This document shows, piece by piece, positions 37,062 to 46,991 of a stretch of DNA of 64,000 bases (position 1 is its first letter; every line of letters starts with the position of its first letter). The translations under genes and the position numbers were made by a program. The DNA is from Bdellovibrionales bacterium (GTDB taxonomy: Bacteria; Bdellovibrionota; Bdellovibrionia; Bdellovibrionales; UBA1609). The DNA is taken from assembly GCA_965203095.1 (NCBI GenBank), contig OZ241877.1:288001-352000 (forward strand), read 5' to 3'. The notes beneath the pieces were generated by a model. The model was not told the origin of the DNA. It ran no database searches and saw only the letters and a program-made list of their open reading frames with translations.

Positions 37062-38066
37062 ATGAAAAAGCATAAATCTCAAATAAAAAGCAAGAAACCA
37101 AAACTCAGTCACGATAACTTCTTTAAACTCTTTTACTCTGATATAGAGCTTGCGAAAGATCTGCTAAAACTTATTTTTTCAAAAAAAGAACTTAGAGCTT
37201 ATAATTTAAACCAGTTGAAAATAGAAAAAGACACTTTTGAGGCAAAAAGAGCCGATCTTATCTTCTCCCTCCCTTTTAAAAATTATCCAAAAAACAGGTT
37301 AAAAATCTTCATTCTTTTAGAGCACAAAAGCCATTATGATAAAAACCTGTTTAGCCAGATGTTAGACTACCAAGTATTGGGTAGAAAGCACAGTATCCAA
37401 CAAAAGGGCTATCCTCAGCCTATAATCTCTGTGCTGTTTTATCACGGGGAACAGCCTCTTAAATGGAAAAAATCCCTACAAGAAGAGGATTTTGGTTCTT
37501 TTTTCCAAAAAATTCCTGTTGAATCTAAAAAAGATATGTTAAACTATGGCTTGAGGATAATAGATACGCAAGACCCGAAAATTCGTAAAGCCCTTAAGGG
37601 CGGGGAGTTTAAGGGTTATAGTGTAATAAAACTATTGTCTGAGGTATGGAGTTTAAAGAAGAAAATAACTCCATTAAAGGTAAGGGATGTTTATGCTGAG
37701 TTTGAGGAGATATTGAGTGGTTTAAAGGGAAAGGAGAGGAAGACTGTAGAGTTAAGGATATTGGAGTATTTAAGGGATAATACGGGTTTGGATTTAAAAG
37801 TTTGGGAAAAGGCGGAAAAACTGCTTTTATCCGAAGGGATATTAAAACAAGGAGGGCTTATGCAAGATGTTTGGGAAATTATCAAAGAAAAAGGCCGTTG
37901 GGAAGGACGGCAAGAAGGACGGCAAGAAGGACGGCAGGAAGGACAACAGGAAGAACGGCAACAAGTTGTCCAAAATATGCTAAGAGAAAAACTGGATTTA
38001 ACTGTCATTGCCAAGGTGACAGGGCTTTCTAAAAAAGAAATAAAAAAGCTGAAAAACCATACATAA
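37062..38066 (+). CDS. Rpn/YhgA-like PD-(D/E)XK nuclease
   Basis: HDNFFK, RADLIF, LLEHKS, VLFYHG, C-terminal EGRQ repeats and IAKVTGLS HTH. Confidence 0.9.
   Translation: MKKHKSQIKSKKPKLSHDNFFKLFYSDIELAKDLLKLIFSKKELRAYNLNQLKIEKDTFEAKRADLIFSLPFKNYPKNRLKIFILLEHKSHYDKNLFSQMLDYQVLGRKHSIQQKGYPQPIISVLFYHGEQPLKWKKSLQEEDFGSFFQKIPVESKKDMLNYGLRIIDTQDPKIRKALKGGEFKGYSVIKLLSEVWSLKKKITPLKVRDVYAEFEEILSGLKGKERKTVELRILEYLRDNTGLDLKVWEKAEKLLLSEGILKQGGLMQDVWEIIKEKGRWEGRQEGRQEGRQEGQQEERQQVVQNMLREKLDLTVIAKVTGLSKKEIKKLKNHT
37860..38066 (+). CDS. putative internally initiated small Rpn C-terminal protein (RpnS-like antitoxin)
   Basis: GGAGG at 37851-37855 before an in-frame ATG at 37860 (MQDVWEIIKEKG...). Confidence 0.55.
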   Translation: MQDVWEIIKEKGRWEGRQEGRQEGRQEGQQEERQQVVQNMLREKLDLTVIAKVTGLSKKEIKKLKNHT

Positions 38067-38574
38067 TACCTCCTGATTGGTAAAAAAACTCAAAAACAGG
38101 CTTTGTCCATCAGGAGCATACGGGAAATTATGGGAAAAGGCGGAAAAACATGGTTTTTTAAGCTGTTAATTTTATTAAATTTTTCCAATTTTTAGCCCTT
38201 TCCGGCCTCTTTTTTCTATCAGCCCCTCACCTCCACCATTTTTCTTTTAACTTCTTGCAAATCATCCCACAAATGGGACACTTTTTTTCAGAAAAAAGGT
38301 TTAAAAACTGGAATCTTCCCAAAAACAAAATGAATCTTAAATGCCTCTGAATAGAGTTATTTCAGTTGGTTTTTCTAAGCTGAGCAAATATTCTTGTGTC
38401 AATATTTTTTTCACAAGCTCGTTTTAAGCAGGTTTTGACCTTGAAAAACATGGCTTAGTTGCAGTTTTATTTAACTTTCAGCACCAATGCACTGTTCAAC
38501 CGGTTGTATCCGGAAAATCAAAAGTATGAGATAAACAAATTCAAGGTGTGTAGGCAAATTGGAGGTCATGAACA

Positions 38575-38928
38575 TTAACTGGTCTTGAACCTTTTTAAAG
38601 ATTTCTCTAATCTTTGCAATTCCTCTAAAAATTTATTCCACTTAGAACTCCACTCTTCATCCAGTGATTCGCTTGGCTGAGATAAAGATAAAGATATTTC
38701 CACTATAGAGTTATAAGATAAATATATGTTATTAATTTCTGGATTCATATCTTCTTCTTTTATTTCTTCTAATCGATCAGGTTTAGGAAGACCTAAAAGC
38801 TGAGAAATATCTTGTAATAACTTAATTGTTTGTCTGAATATTTTAACTCTTAAAGCATAAGCTAAATTTGGTTCCATAGTTATAGTTCTTAAACTTTTTA
38901 TATCATTAATTATATTTTTTTTATCCAT
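38575..38928 (-). CDS. hypothetical helical protein, third gene of the Hailong-like operon
   Basis: ATG at 38928 overlaps the stop of the NTase gene; about 117 aa, predicted all-alpha. Confidence 0.65.
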   Translation of the reverse strand: MDKKNIINDIKSLRTITMEPNLAYALRVKIFRQTIKLLQDISQLLGLPKPDRLEEIKEEDMNPEINNIYLSYNSIVEISLSLSQPSESLDEEWSSKWNKFLEELQRLEKSLKRFKTS

Positions 38929-39595
38929 TAATAATGCCCTCAACCCCATTTATGATTATTTCTGAATTTTCAATCCACTTTTTCGGTGAAATTCTTATTC
39001 TCTGAATTGCAGTTTTATCGATTCTTTTTTCTACATAAAGTTTATACTTATATAAATCAGAGTATTCTCTGACATTTAAATTTTTCATATTTAACTCCTT
39101 TACTATATGGTTCACAGGTTCAATTCTTTTGAAACAAGGTCTTCCTAAAAACCAACAACCAAGGATTGAACAGTGTCTTATTACTGTAGCTAAGATTGAA
39201 AGATCAAAAATTAACATATCATTTGATATAAGAGATTGTTTTGTTTCTTCAATAACTCTTGAAAAAGATTTTAAATCATTGTTAGCTTTCTTATATTTCC
39301 CTAACTTGGAAAATAAATATGGCAAAGTATTTTTTGCGTGTCTTCCTTCATATATACATTTTCCCTCAAGTTTCAAATGATGCAAGAATAAAGAACCATA
39401 TTTTGCCATATTTTTGATTTCTTTCCAAGAATAAAAATTTAAATCAGATATTTTTAATCCTTTAGGTATTAATTTTTGAATATATTTGAAATTTTGTATA
39501 GACTCTCCAATAACTAAAATGTCAACATCACTTAACAGATCACTGTCACCTCGTGCGTTAGAACCATATAGCCATATAGAGATATCTTCTTTCAT
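38921..39595 (-). CDS. Pol-beta-like nucleotidyltransferase, HalB-like
   Basis: YGSNARGD...SDVDILV; GSLFLHHLKLEG; helical C-terminal domain; ATGA coupling to the upstream gene. Confidence 0.75.
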   Translation of the reverse strand: MKEDISIWLYGSNARGDSDLLSDVDILVIGESIQNFKYIQKLIPKGLKISDLNFYSWKEIKNMAKYGSLFLHHLKLEGKCIYEGRHAKNTLPYLFSKLGKYKKANNDLKSFSRVIEETKQSLISNDMLIFDLSILATVIRHCSILGCWFLGRPCFKRIEPVNHIVKELNMKNLNVREYSDLYKYKLYVEKRIDKTAIQRIRISPKKWIENSEIIINGVEGIING

Positions 39596-40470
39596 TTTTT
39601 TAACACCCTCCTCATAAAAAGTGATACAAAAAGTGCTATAAATAAAATGGAGATTATTTTTTGAACCAAAATAAAGAATAATAAAGAGGATTCATCTGGT
39701 TTAATAATATTTGTTCCATTAACAGAAAATATTACTTGAAAAGAAAGGTAGATAGCTTTATAGAAAGTGTAATTATAGAAGAACCAAAAAATAACAGAAA
39801 AAAGAACAATATTTACCAATAAAAAACTAATAATTAAATTTAACAATTTTTCTCCATATCCCCAGATTAAACCCTCCATTTTACTATATAAAAATTTTAA
39901 ACCTGATATATAAGATTCTGATTTGTTAAAATTCTTTTTATACCAATCTTCCTTTCTTAAAAAAGCAGATTTTAGATGATTTTCATTTATATGTATTCTT
40001 TTATATTTATACTTAAGATACTCGTCGTATGATCCTGACTTATATGATTCATCTTCTAAATTTTGGATTATTTCTTTAGAAATGTTAGGTTCTTCTGGAA
40101 GGCATTTTAACATGAATTCATATTTTAAGTAACAATTTTTAAAAGAGGAATAAGCAAAAATATTTTTTGTATTTTCTAAAGCATGTTGGGTTTTTCTGAA
40201 ATTACAATCAATAAACTTACATCCCGTAAACTCACAATTTGAAAATATAGTTTCTTTAAAATAACAATCAAAAAATCTACAATTTATAAAAATAAGGTTT
40301 TGTAATATTGAATTTTTAAAACTTATATTACTGAAATAACAATGGGAGAATTCTTTGTTTTCAATAGTCTTTTTATCAAAAAATTGTGAAGCAATAATTT
40401 TATTTTTAACTTCTGAATCTTTACAGGTGATTAAATTTAAACTTATTTTACCTATATCATACATTATCAA
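39592..40470 (-). CDS. pentapeptide-repeat protein with a two-TM ion-channel-like C-terminus, HalA-like
   Basis: FSHCY-FSNIS-FKNSI...FINCR-FFDCY-FKETI-FSNCE-FTGCK repeats; WGYGE then TM1, pore-like helix and TM2. Confidence 0.75.
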   Translation of the reverse strand: MIMYDIGKISLNLITCKDSEVKNKIIASQFFDKKTIENKEFSHCYFSNISFKNSILQNLIFINCRFFDCYFKETIFSNCEFTGCKFIDCNFRKTQHALENTKNIFAYSSFKNCYLKYEFMLKCLPEEPNISKEIIQNLEDESYKSGSYDEYLKYKYKRIHINENHLKSAFLRKEDWYKKNFNKSESYISGLKFLYSKMEGLIWGYGEKLLNLIISFLLVNIVLFSVIFWFFYNYTFYKAIYLSFQVIFSVNGTNIIKPDESSLLFFILVQKIISILFIALFVSLFMRRVLKK

Positions 40471-40518
40471 TACCTTTATTTTCAGTGAAAACTTATATCC
40501 TATAATATCTAATTTTTA

Positions 40519-43182
40519 TTATTTTATTTCAAAAATTTTGTTTAGGGTATTTTGCCATTCGTTTTGTAAAATGAGATCAAAGGTCATTTTTTGGTCTTGA
40601 ATTTCAATGGTTCCGGCGTCTATGGATTTTTTAGAGTATTCTGTCCAAAGCGAAAAGAGCTTTCTCTTGTATTCTGTATCAAAGTTTCCCATAAGATGTT
40701 GCCCCTTTGTTTCTAAAATGGAAAAAGAGGCATTGCCCTTTTTAGACGACTGAACACAAACCAAAAAGTCAGGATAGATTTTGTTTTTTTGCCAGCCCTG
40801 TAAGTGCCAATCCTGTTTCTCTATAATCCTGTGCCACCACTTAATAGCAACATCTTCATCCAAATACCAAGCTACTTTTTTTTCCAAATCGTTAAATTTA
40901 AACTTCTCTGTCCAAATATTCTCAAAAAGGGACAGTTGTAGATCTCCGTCACTTTCTCTTCTCAATAATTTATCTCCGCTCGCCACTGAGAGATTCAAGG
41001 TTTTTGCCATTTCCCAATTCAAATCGGGATCTCCTGCACTTACAAGTTTAAATATAATCTCATGTTTTTTTAATTTTTCCCTAAAAATCTTTTCTGTTTT
41101 TTGGCTTATTTGACTTTGAAGATTATTTCTTAAACAATCCAGAATATGAAACCGATTAGAATAAACCTTTTCCTTTCCGTATTTCCTCTTTAAAGAAGAG
41201 AGAGCTTTATCCACTATTACACTTGCAGACCAAAGATTAGGAATAATATCAGAAAGTCTGGCACATAAAAAGCCAAAATCCACATTAAAATTTTCAGGGG
41301 TCTCTTCTTTTTCTCTTCCATGAAAAGAAGAAATCAGCTGTAGCTGTTTTTTTATATCCACCTGTGTATGAGATATATCCGGGACTCTGTCATCTAAATA
41401 CGGATCTTGATTTAATTTTAATTTTGACCAGTCGATGCGAAAAAGCAAATCCCTTTCATAGCTTAACTCTTTTAATAAATTCTCTTTATCTCTATGCAAA
41501 ACTTTCGGCAAAAAGATTTTTAAGCCTCTAAATGGCTTTCTTCTTTGGATGGTAATTTTCCGAGAGGGAGGCTTATCGGCACCCGAATCTTTTATGTCTC
41601 CGGCCAAGCCATCCATTCCCTCATTCTCCAGCCCCTTTCGGATCCCCTCTACGGCTCCAGCTGTATCCTGATCCATACAAACTATGTAGGACTGATTTAA
41701 AGATTCTATGCCGGTCCTTTGTGTGTCAGGTTGCCTTAAAACTCTTCCTATCATTTGCTCTATGGCCACAGGGGCTTTTGTTTTAGATAAAATCGTCAAA
41801 ATATAGGCAAAAGGGCAGTCCCAACCTTCCTTTAATGCTTCCTTGGTTATGATATATCGGACTCTGGAATATTCAGAAAGCAGGTCTTCATTTTTCAGCT
41901 CGTCCTGGACAGCAGATTTGACTTTGATTTCTGCAAGATCCACATTAAAGTTTTGTATAAGATATTCCCGAACATCCTCTGCATGAATAAACTTTTTCTC
42001 TCTTTGATCTTTTCCGGTTCTTTCAACTCTTATCAGTTGTATAGGGCGGATATAACGTTTTTCTTTTTTTTGAAGATTTTGTGTGCTTTTTGACAAACCA
42101 TGCAAAATCTCATGACCTTTGGCTAAAGCTTTTTTCCAGTCTTTGCTTTTTAAATTATAAATGTTAATAGGGAGCTTTATCATTTCCTCTTTTTTCAACA
42201 AATCTCCTGAGACAGAGACCAAAACATTACTGTGATGCTCTTTTTTATTGGGAGTAGCGGAAAGCTCCAAAATAAATCGAGGGTTAAAATCCATTAAAGC
42301 TGTTTTTGCTTTTTCTGAATAAGCCCTGTGGCCTTCATCAATCACAACCAAAGGCTGAATGAGTTTTAAGACATTTCCCAAACTGTGTTTTATGGATATT
42401 TTCTTTAAACCTCCTCCTCCGGAAAGGCCGGAGTCTATGAAGTTATGAGTGTCAAGGTTGGGGCAGATTCCAATCAGTTTTTGATTGGAATGGTAGTCAT
42501 CCATTTCCGGAAAAAAATATGGGAATTTTCCGGAATCTCTGAATATTCTCAAAGTTTCTTTTGACTGTCTTCCGGCGGATTGAAGCATCAATAACATGAC
42601 ACATAAAAAATTTTCTGTATCTTGAGGATGAAAACTGTCGGTTTTTTGCAGAATTTTAACTTTTCCGGCGGAGGCACGATCCAAAGTCTGCCTGTAAAAG
42701 CTTTCTCTGTCAGAAAGAGCTTTCAAAGTTTGTTGATAAATAGAGTCACTGGGAACCACCCATAAAACAAAACCGTTATTTCTTTCAAAAAAATCCGTGT
42801 TGATTCTCTCAACTCCACAGGCACCCAAAAGGGTTTTTCCTCCCCCTGTAGGAACTTTAATGCATATATTGGGAACAGGGCGACCCATGCCACTGAGCCG
42901 ATTTTTATGAGAGGCCGGGACCAATTCCTTTCCTTTAGGAATAAATAAAGCCTCCTCTTTAGGTATGATTTTTCTAAAAATAAGTGGTAAAAAATTTTTT
43001 TCATTCAGTTCCTCCCAGGCTCTTTTGCAAAAGTTAAAATCACCGGAAGTCCATGGAGCGGGCGACTTTCTTTTTTTCCGGATTTCCACCAAATCTAAAG
43101 CATCCTGCTTTTTTTCCTTGAGAGTTTTAAGGTAAACAGACAGCTTATCAAGGACGGCTTGTTGATAATCTTTTAATTCCAC
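40519..43182 (-). CDS. res: type III restriction enzyme Res subunit (SF2 helicase plus PD-(D/E)XK nuclease)
   Basis: PTGGGKT, DEGH, SATP, LKEGWD, QMIGR.LR, YPDF...ETKG. Confidence 0.9.
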   Translation of the reverse strand: MELKDYQQAVLDKLSVYLKTLKEKKQDALDLVEIRKKRKSPAPWTSGDFNFCKRAWEELNEKNFLPLIFRKIIPKEEALFIPKGKELVPASHKNRLSGMGRPVPNICIKVPTGGGKTLLGACGVERINTDFFERNNGFVLWVVPSDSIYQQTLKALSDRESFYRQTLDRASAGKVKILQKTDSFHPQDTENFLCVMLLMLQSAGRQSKETLRIFRDSGKFPYFFPEMDDYHSNQKLIGICPNLDTHNFIDSGLSGGGGLKKISIKHSLGNVLKLIQPLVVIDEGHRAYSEKAKTALMDFNPRFILELSATPNKKEHHSNVLVSVSGDLLKKEEMIKLPINIYNLKSKDWKKALAKGHEILHGLSKSTQNLQKKEKRYIRPIQLIRVERTGKDQREKKFIHAEDVREYLIQNFNVDLAEIKVKSAVQDELKNEDLLSEYSRVRYIITKEALKEGWDCPFAYILTILSKTKAPVAIEQMIGRVLRQPDTQRTGIESLNQSYIVCMDQDTAGAVEGIRKGLENEGMDGLAGDIKDSGADKPPSRKITIQRRKPFRGLKIFLPKVLHRDKENLLKELSYERDLLFRIDWSKLKLNQDPYLDDRVPDISHTQVDIKKQLQLISSFHGREKEETPENFNVDFGFLCARLSDIIPNLWSASVIVDKALSSLKRKYGKEKVYSNRFHILDCLRNNLQSQISQKTEKIFREKLKKHEIIFKLVSAGDPDLNWEMAKTLNLSVASGDKLLRRESDGDLQLSLFENIWTEKFKFNDLEKKVAWYLDEDVAIKWWHRIIEKQDWHLQGWQKNKIYPDFLVCVQSSKKGNASFSILETKGQHLMGNFDTEYKRKLFSLWTEYSKKSIDAGTIEIQDQKMTFDLILQNEWQNTLNKIFEIK

Positions 43183-43242
43183 TTAAAATCCTTTTGACTT
43201 TTTGTCTTGAGAAGAAAAGGGCAATTTTGTTTCAGTCAATAT

Positions 43243-44958
43243 CTAATCTCCTATAATTTTATGAATAGCTGTCGGGAGCCGGCAAAACTGAACATTATAA
43301 TCCTTGGACAGCTCTTTTTGCGTAATATAACTTGCCGGAGCATAAACCAAACTGATTTTTTTTGATTTTTTGTTGAATTTTTGGACTGCCTCTGCGAGAT
43401 CCAAATGCAAGGCACTTTCTTTGCTTCTTAAAAAATCCATGTCAGGTTTATACACAAGATGAAAACTGTAGTTTTCCGTCTCACCGATAAACCAAGACGG
43501 GCTGATTTTAGGGACAACATTCAAACTTTTTCCCGTTGCCGTGTAAAAAACATATTCCGCCAGCTGTTCATAGTCCGGGAGGTCTTTTCCTCTTAGCATA
43601 TTTTCAATATTGATTTCCTCTCCTAAAGAGCAATAAGTGAAGGAACCACCTAAGCCTTTCTTTAGTTTTTCATTTTTGGCTTTTGGAACACCTTTAATCA
43701 CACGACGAACCCGCTCCGCTGTGATTTTATCTGCATAATCCTCACACTCAACCAGAATAAATTTGCGATGGCCCCCATCCTCTTTGTTCAGATCAAGAAC
43801 CGCATGAGCTGTTGTGCCGGAACCGGCAAAAGAATCTAAGATAATGGAGTCTTTATCTGACACAAGCTTAATACATTTTTTTATTAGTTCTGGTGATTTT
43901 GGATAGTCAAAAATATTTTTTTGAAATAAAGAGGACAGTATTTCTTTTCCCACCTCATGGTTTATATTTTTATCTAACCAAATTGATCGTTCTTTTGTAG
44001 TGGCTTGTCCATTTTCTGGTAGATAATCTTTTCTATAAACACGCCAGGCACCTGTTTTCTTTTTTTCCCCGAAAAGCATTGAGGGATTTTCTTTTATTTT
44101 GTTTTTGCTCCAAGTCCAACATCCTTCCTCTTTAGAGGATGAAACAGGAAAAACCTCTATACTACAATCTTTTGAGCGAGACAAAGATGCTTGTCCATTT
44201 TTAGGATTGATATAAATAGGAAAAAACAAGTTGGGCCTTGTTTTTCGATTGAAAAACTGTATCGCTCCGTTCATTAGTCTCATAAGGCGATAAACTCCTT
44301 TTTTGTCTTTTTTCTTGTATTCTAAAAGGGTTTCTTTCTTTTTTGGAATCTCTTTAAGCTTAGCTTTCTCAATGTTTTTAGAAAAACTAAGGATATATTC
44401 ATGAACACGGGCCATATCTTGCCTTAAGGAGCGACCGCGGGGATTTGTTTGAGCTGTTATTTGAGCTATATAGTTTTCCTCTCCAAAAATTTCCTCCATA
44501 ATTGCCATAAGCCGAAAACACTCATTGTCATCAATGCTGACAAAAATCACTCCGTCATCGGCAAGCAATTCTTTTAATAACTGCAACCTCGGCCACATCA
44601 TGCAGAGCCATTTGTCATGTCTTTCTAAATCATCGGTTCCGATGCCGTTTTGTTTCAGCCATTCCTTTATTACGGGGCTGTTGACTCTGTCGTTGTATTT
44701 CCAACCTTCGTTTCCGGTGTTATAGGGAGGATCAATATAAATACATTTGATTTTACCGGAATACCTGGGTAAAAGGGCTTTTAGGGCGTGAAGATTATCT
44801 CCATGGATGACTAAATTATCATTTAGACTTGGTATTGATCTTCCCGTTTTTTTGGTAGGCGAGAGAGATTTTTTTGCATCAACTTTAAGCGTTCGAAAAG
44901 GAACTCCAAGATGATGGGAATAGATAACAGACTTCCCCTTAAAATCTAAAAAAGGCAT
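43243..44958 (-). CDS. mod: type III R-M adenine methyltransferase Mod
   Basis: IHGDNL, IYIDPPYNTG, SIDDNE, ILDSFAGSGTT; directly upstream of res. Confidence 0.93.
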   Translation of the reverse strand: MPFLDFKGKSVIYSHHLGVPFRTLKVDAKKSLSPTKKTGRSIPSLNDNLVIHGDNLHALKALLPRYSGKIKCIYIDPPYNTGNEGWKYNDRVNSPVIKEWLKQNGIGTDDLERHDKWLCMMWPRLQLLKELLADDGVIFVSIDDNECFRLMAIMEEIFGEENYIAQITAQTNPRGRSLRQDMARVHEYILSFSKNIEKAKLKEIPKKKETLLEYKKKDKKGVYRLMRLMNGAIQFFNRKTRPNLFFPIYINPKNGQASLSRSKDCSIEVFPVSSSKEEGCWTWSKNKIKENPSMLFGEKKKTGAWRVYRKDYLPENGQATTKERSIWLDKNINHEVGKEILSSLFQKNIFDYPKSPELIKKCIKLVSDKDSIILDSFAGSGTTAHAVLDLNKEDGGHRKFILVECEDYADKITAERVRRVIKGVPKAKNEKLKKGLGGSFTYCSLGEEINIENMLRGKDLPDYEQLAEYVFYTATGKSLNVVPKISPSWFIGETENYSFHLVYKPDMDFLRSKESALHLDLAEAVQKFNKKSKKISLVYAPASYITQKELSKDYNVQFCRLPTAIHKIIGD

Positions 44959-44973
44959 TATTTCTCCTTAAAA

Positions 44974-45141
44974 TTATATTTCACTAAAATCACTGAGTTT
45001 TATAGGATAAGCTAAAGAAAAATCTGTGTTTTGAGAACCTCCACTGACAACCAAGCCCTCTTGGTTAATGCAAAATCCAAAATCAATTAAACATTTTCTG
45101 TTAGGGATCGGACTATATAGGGCTACAACTTTGTTCGTCAT
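44974..45141 (-). CDS. small hypothetical ORF (55 aa) upstream of mod
   Basis: MTNKVVALYSPIP...DFSEI with GGAG upstream; below the ORF-track cutoff; may be a remnant. Confidence 0.25.
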   Translation of the reverse strand: MTNKVVALYSPIPNRKCLIDFGFCINQEGLVVSGGSQNTDFSLAYPIKLSDFSEI

Positions 45142-45375
45142 TTATTATAACTCCATTTCCTAAACAATAGCATAATTAAGAGGCAAAGGCAAACAGCTAC
45201 ACTATCTCTGCTTACAGCTCCTTAGAAAATAATACAATGCATCAATTGGCTTGCTGTGCCCAATCTTTTGGAGGCAGTTAATCAAGGCTATAGACCTGTT
45301 GCTTTGCTGAGTAAGGCTGTTTTCAACTACAAGAGAAAATAGACTCGCTTTTTAGCAAGGTTTTTTCACAGAAAA

Positions 45376-46227
45376 CTACTTATTTTGAGTCTCAACCTGA
45401 AACATGGGTATAGCTCCTCCGGTCACATTAGGAAGTTTTCCGTCCCACTTTTCCATTCTTTTAAACTCAATTAAAAGAGGGTTTTCTCTTAAAGCTCTCG
45501 CCTCTCTGCGGATAGCCTCAGCAGTAGCAATGCTTTCAATCCTTATTTTTTCAGCAACAGCTTCTGCATCGGTAATTTTCTTTATTTTCTCATTCTTAGC
45601 TTGTAATGCTCTTTGCTCAGCCTTTACCTTCATTTCAATCGACTTATTAAACTCTTCTGAAAAAGAGAAATCGGTAATAGCTACATTGCTTATTCGTATA
45701 GAAAGATCTTTTAGTCCTTTTTCTGTTAAAGTTGTTTTTAAAAAATCTTTAGTTTCTTCTTCAATTTTAAGTTTTGCTTCTGCCCGCATAGTGATTAACT
45801 CTTCTGCTGTATATTTTGCTGTAATGGCTTTTACACTTTCCTGCACCGCAGGTTTAAGTATAACAAAAATGATTTGATCTTCATCCCCTACTTGTTGAAA
45901 AAGATGAGAAACTTCAAAAAGAGAAAACTGAATTGTCACAAGAGTTTTTACATCTTGTAAGTCTTTAGAACTGGCTCTTGCCTCTTGATCAAATTTTAGC
46001 AGTTTGACATTTATGTTTTGTATTGTTGTTCTTATAGGGACGACAAAATTCAAGCCTTCTCCTAAAACTTTTTTATGGCTCACTTTCCCCCAATGCTTTA
46101 TAACCCCTTCATGTCCTACAGGAACGCATTTTATTGACAACGAAATCATAAAAAGAGTTAAAAGAAAAAGCCCTACAAATCTTAAGGAAAGCATTAAATT
46201 TTTTATGTGTTCTTTTTCCATATTCAT
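45376..46227 (-). CDS. SPFH/prohibitin family membrane protein
   Basis: N-terminal TM, EGLNF, SKDLQDV, AKYTAEELI, SIEMK, KWDGKLP. Confidence 0.9.
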   Translation of the reverse strand: MNMEKEHIKNLMLSLRFVGLFLLTLFMISLSIKCVPVGHEGVIKHWGKVSHKKVLGEGLNFVVPIRTTIQNINVKLLKFDQEARASSKDLQDVKTLVTIQFSLFEVSHLFQQVGDEDQIIFVILKPAVQESVKAITAKYTAEELITMRAEAKLKIEEETKDFLKTTLTEKGLKDLSIRISNVAITDFSFSEEFNKSIEMKVKAEQRALQAKNEKIKKITDAEAVAEKIRIESIATAEAIRREARALRENPLLIEFKRMEKWDGKLPNVTGGAIPMFQVETQNK

Positions 46228-46464
46228 TCCTTATTTTAAATTGTTTATGAACAAGCTTTCATCATAATTCTATTGTCCCTATTCCTAAAGCTCCATCAAG
46301 TTGTTTTCTTAAATAAAATCAGCTAAACCCTGTATATAACCTCTGGATTTTTAATTTTGTTCATTTTGCACTTCCTATGGCAATAATAATTTCATATTAT
46401 AGAATGATGGCCCGGAAAAGTAAAGCCTTTACAACACAATGCAATAAATGCGTGATTACATGTA

Positions 46465-46532
46465 TGTTGTTTTATCATGAGGAACAGCCCCTCAAGTGGA
46501 AAAAAACTACAAGAGGAAGATTTTAGTTCTTT
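46465..46532 (+). pseudogene. short remnant of an rpn-like gene
   Basis: tgttttatcatgaggaacagcccctcaagtggaaaaaa..ctacaagaggaagattttagttcttt aligns to rpn 37431-37502. Confidence 0.65.
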
Positions 46533-46559
46533 CGAGTATATCCGAGTATATCAGCAGTT

Positions 46560-46630
46560 TGTAGCAAAAATGTCGTAAACATGTCCTGAAGTTTGTCATC
46601 AATTTGTAGCAAAAATGTCGCAAGTTTGTC
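46560..46630. repeat. helically phased TGT(C/A) array
   Basis: TGT(C/A) at 46560, 46571, 46582, 46594, 46605, 46616 and 46627; includes an 18-nt direct repeat tttgtagcaaaaatgtcg. Confidence 0.7.
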
Positions 46631-46991
46631 ACAAGTTTAAGCCTTTTTTTGAAAGACGATAAAATTGTCGGTTGGTCTTTCCTTCCGTCTCAATGATTTT
46701 TTTATCAAGCATATCTTTTAAATCCCTTTGCAAGGTTCTCTTAGTGATTGTGGATATTGTTTTTCGATCAGCTGTTTTACCCGTCTTTTGTATTTTCTTT
46801 TTCAACTCTTCAAAATCTTTAGGGATAAGTTTCCCTTTTTCCAAAATATGTTCAATAATTAAACCCTGTCTTTGTGACAAGTTATGATTTTTTATCAAAG
46901 CATCTTTAAAAATAACTTTTTTGCCAATATCCATAACTTCATTCATCTGAAATAAAAAACCTTGAACAAAATACTCCAGCCAACTGGTCAT
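46629..46991 (-). pseudogene. C-terminal fragment of a Fic-family protein with winged HTH
   Basis: T.WLEYF..G...QM, L..RQ..I, RTLQRDL..M....I...G; no Fic catalytic HPFxxGNGR motif in the ORF. Confidence 0.65.

Larger units (their letters stand above)
36263..38241. mobile_element. tmRNA-anchored islet bounded by a duplicated 3' end of ssrA (att-like); no integrase seen
   Basis: TCACCTCCACCATTT at 36251-36265 is repeated at 38227-38241. Confidence 0.65.

Noticed and set aside
37062..38066. Active insertion sequence
   Set aside because: Rpn/YhgA proteins are often labelled transposases, but no terminal inverted repeats or target duplication flank the gene
45404..45877. 157-aa plus-strand ORF and other short antisense ORFs in the track
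   Set aside because: They lie fully antisense to well-supported genes and have no recognisable motifs
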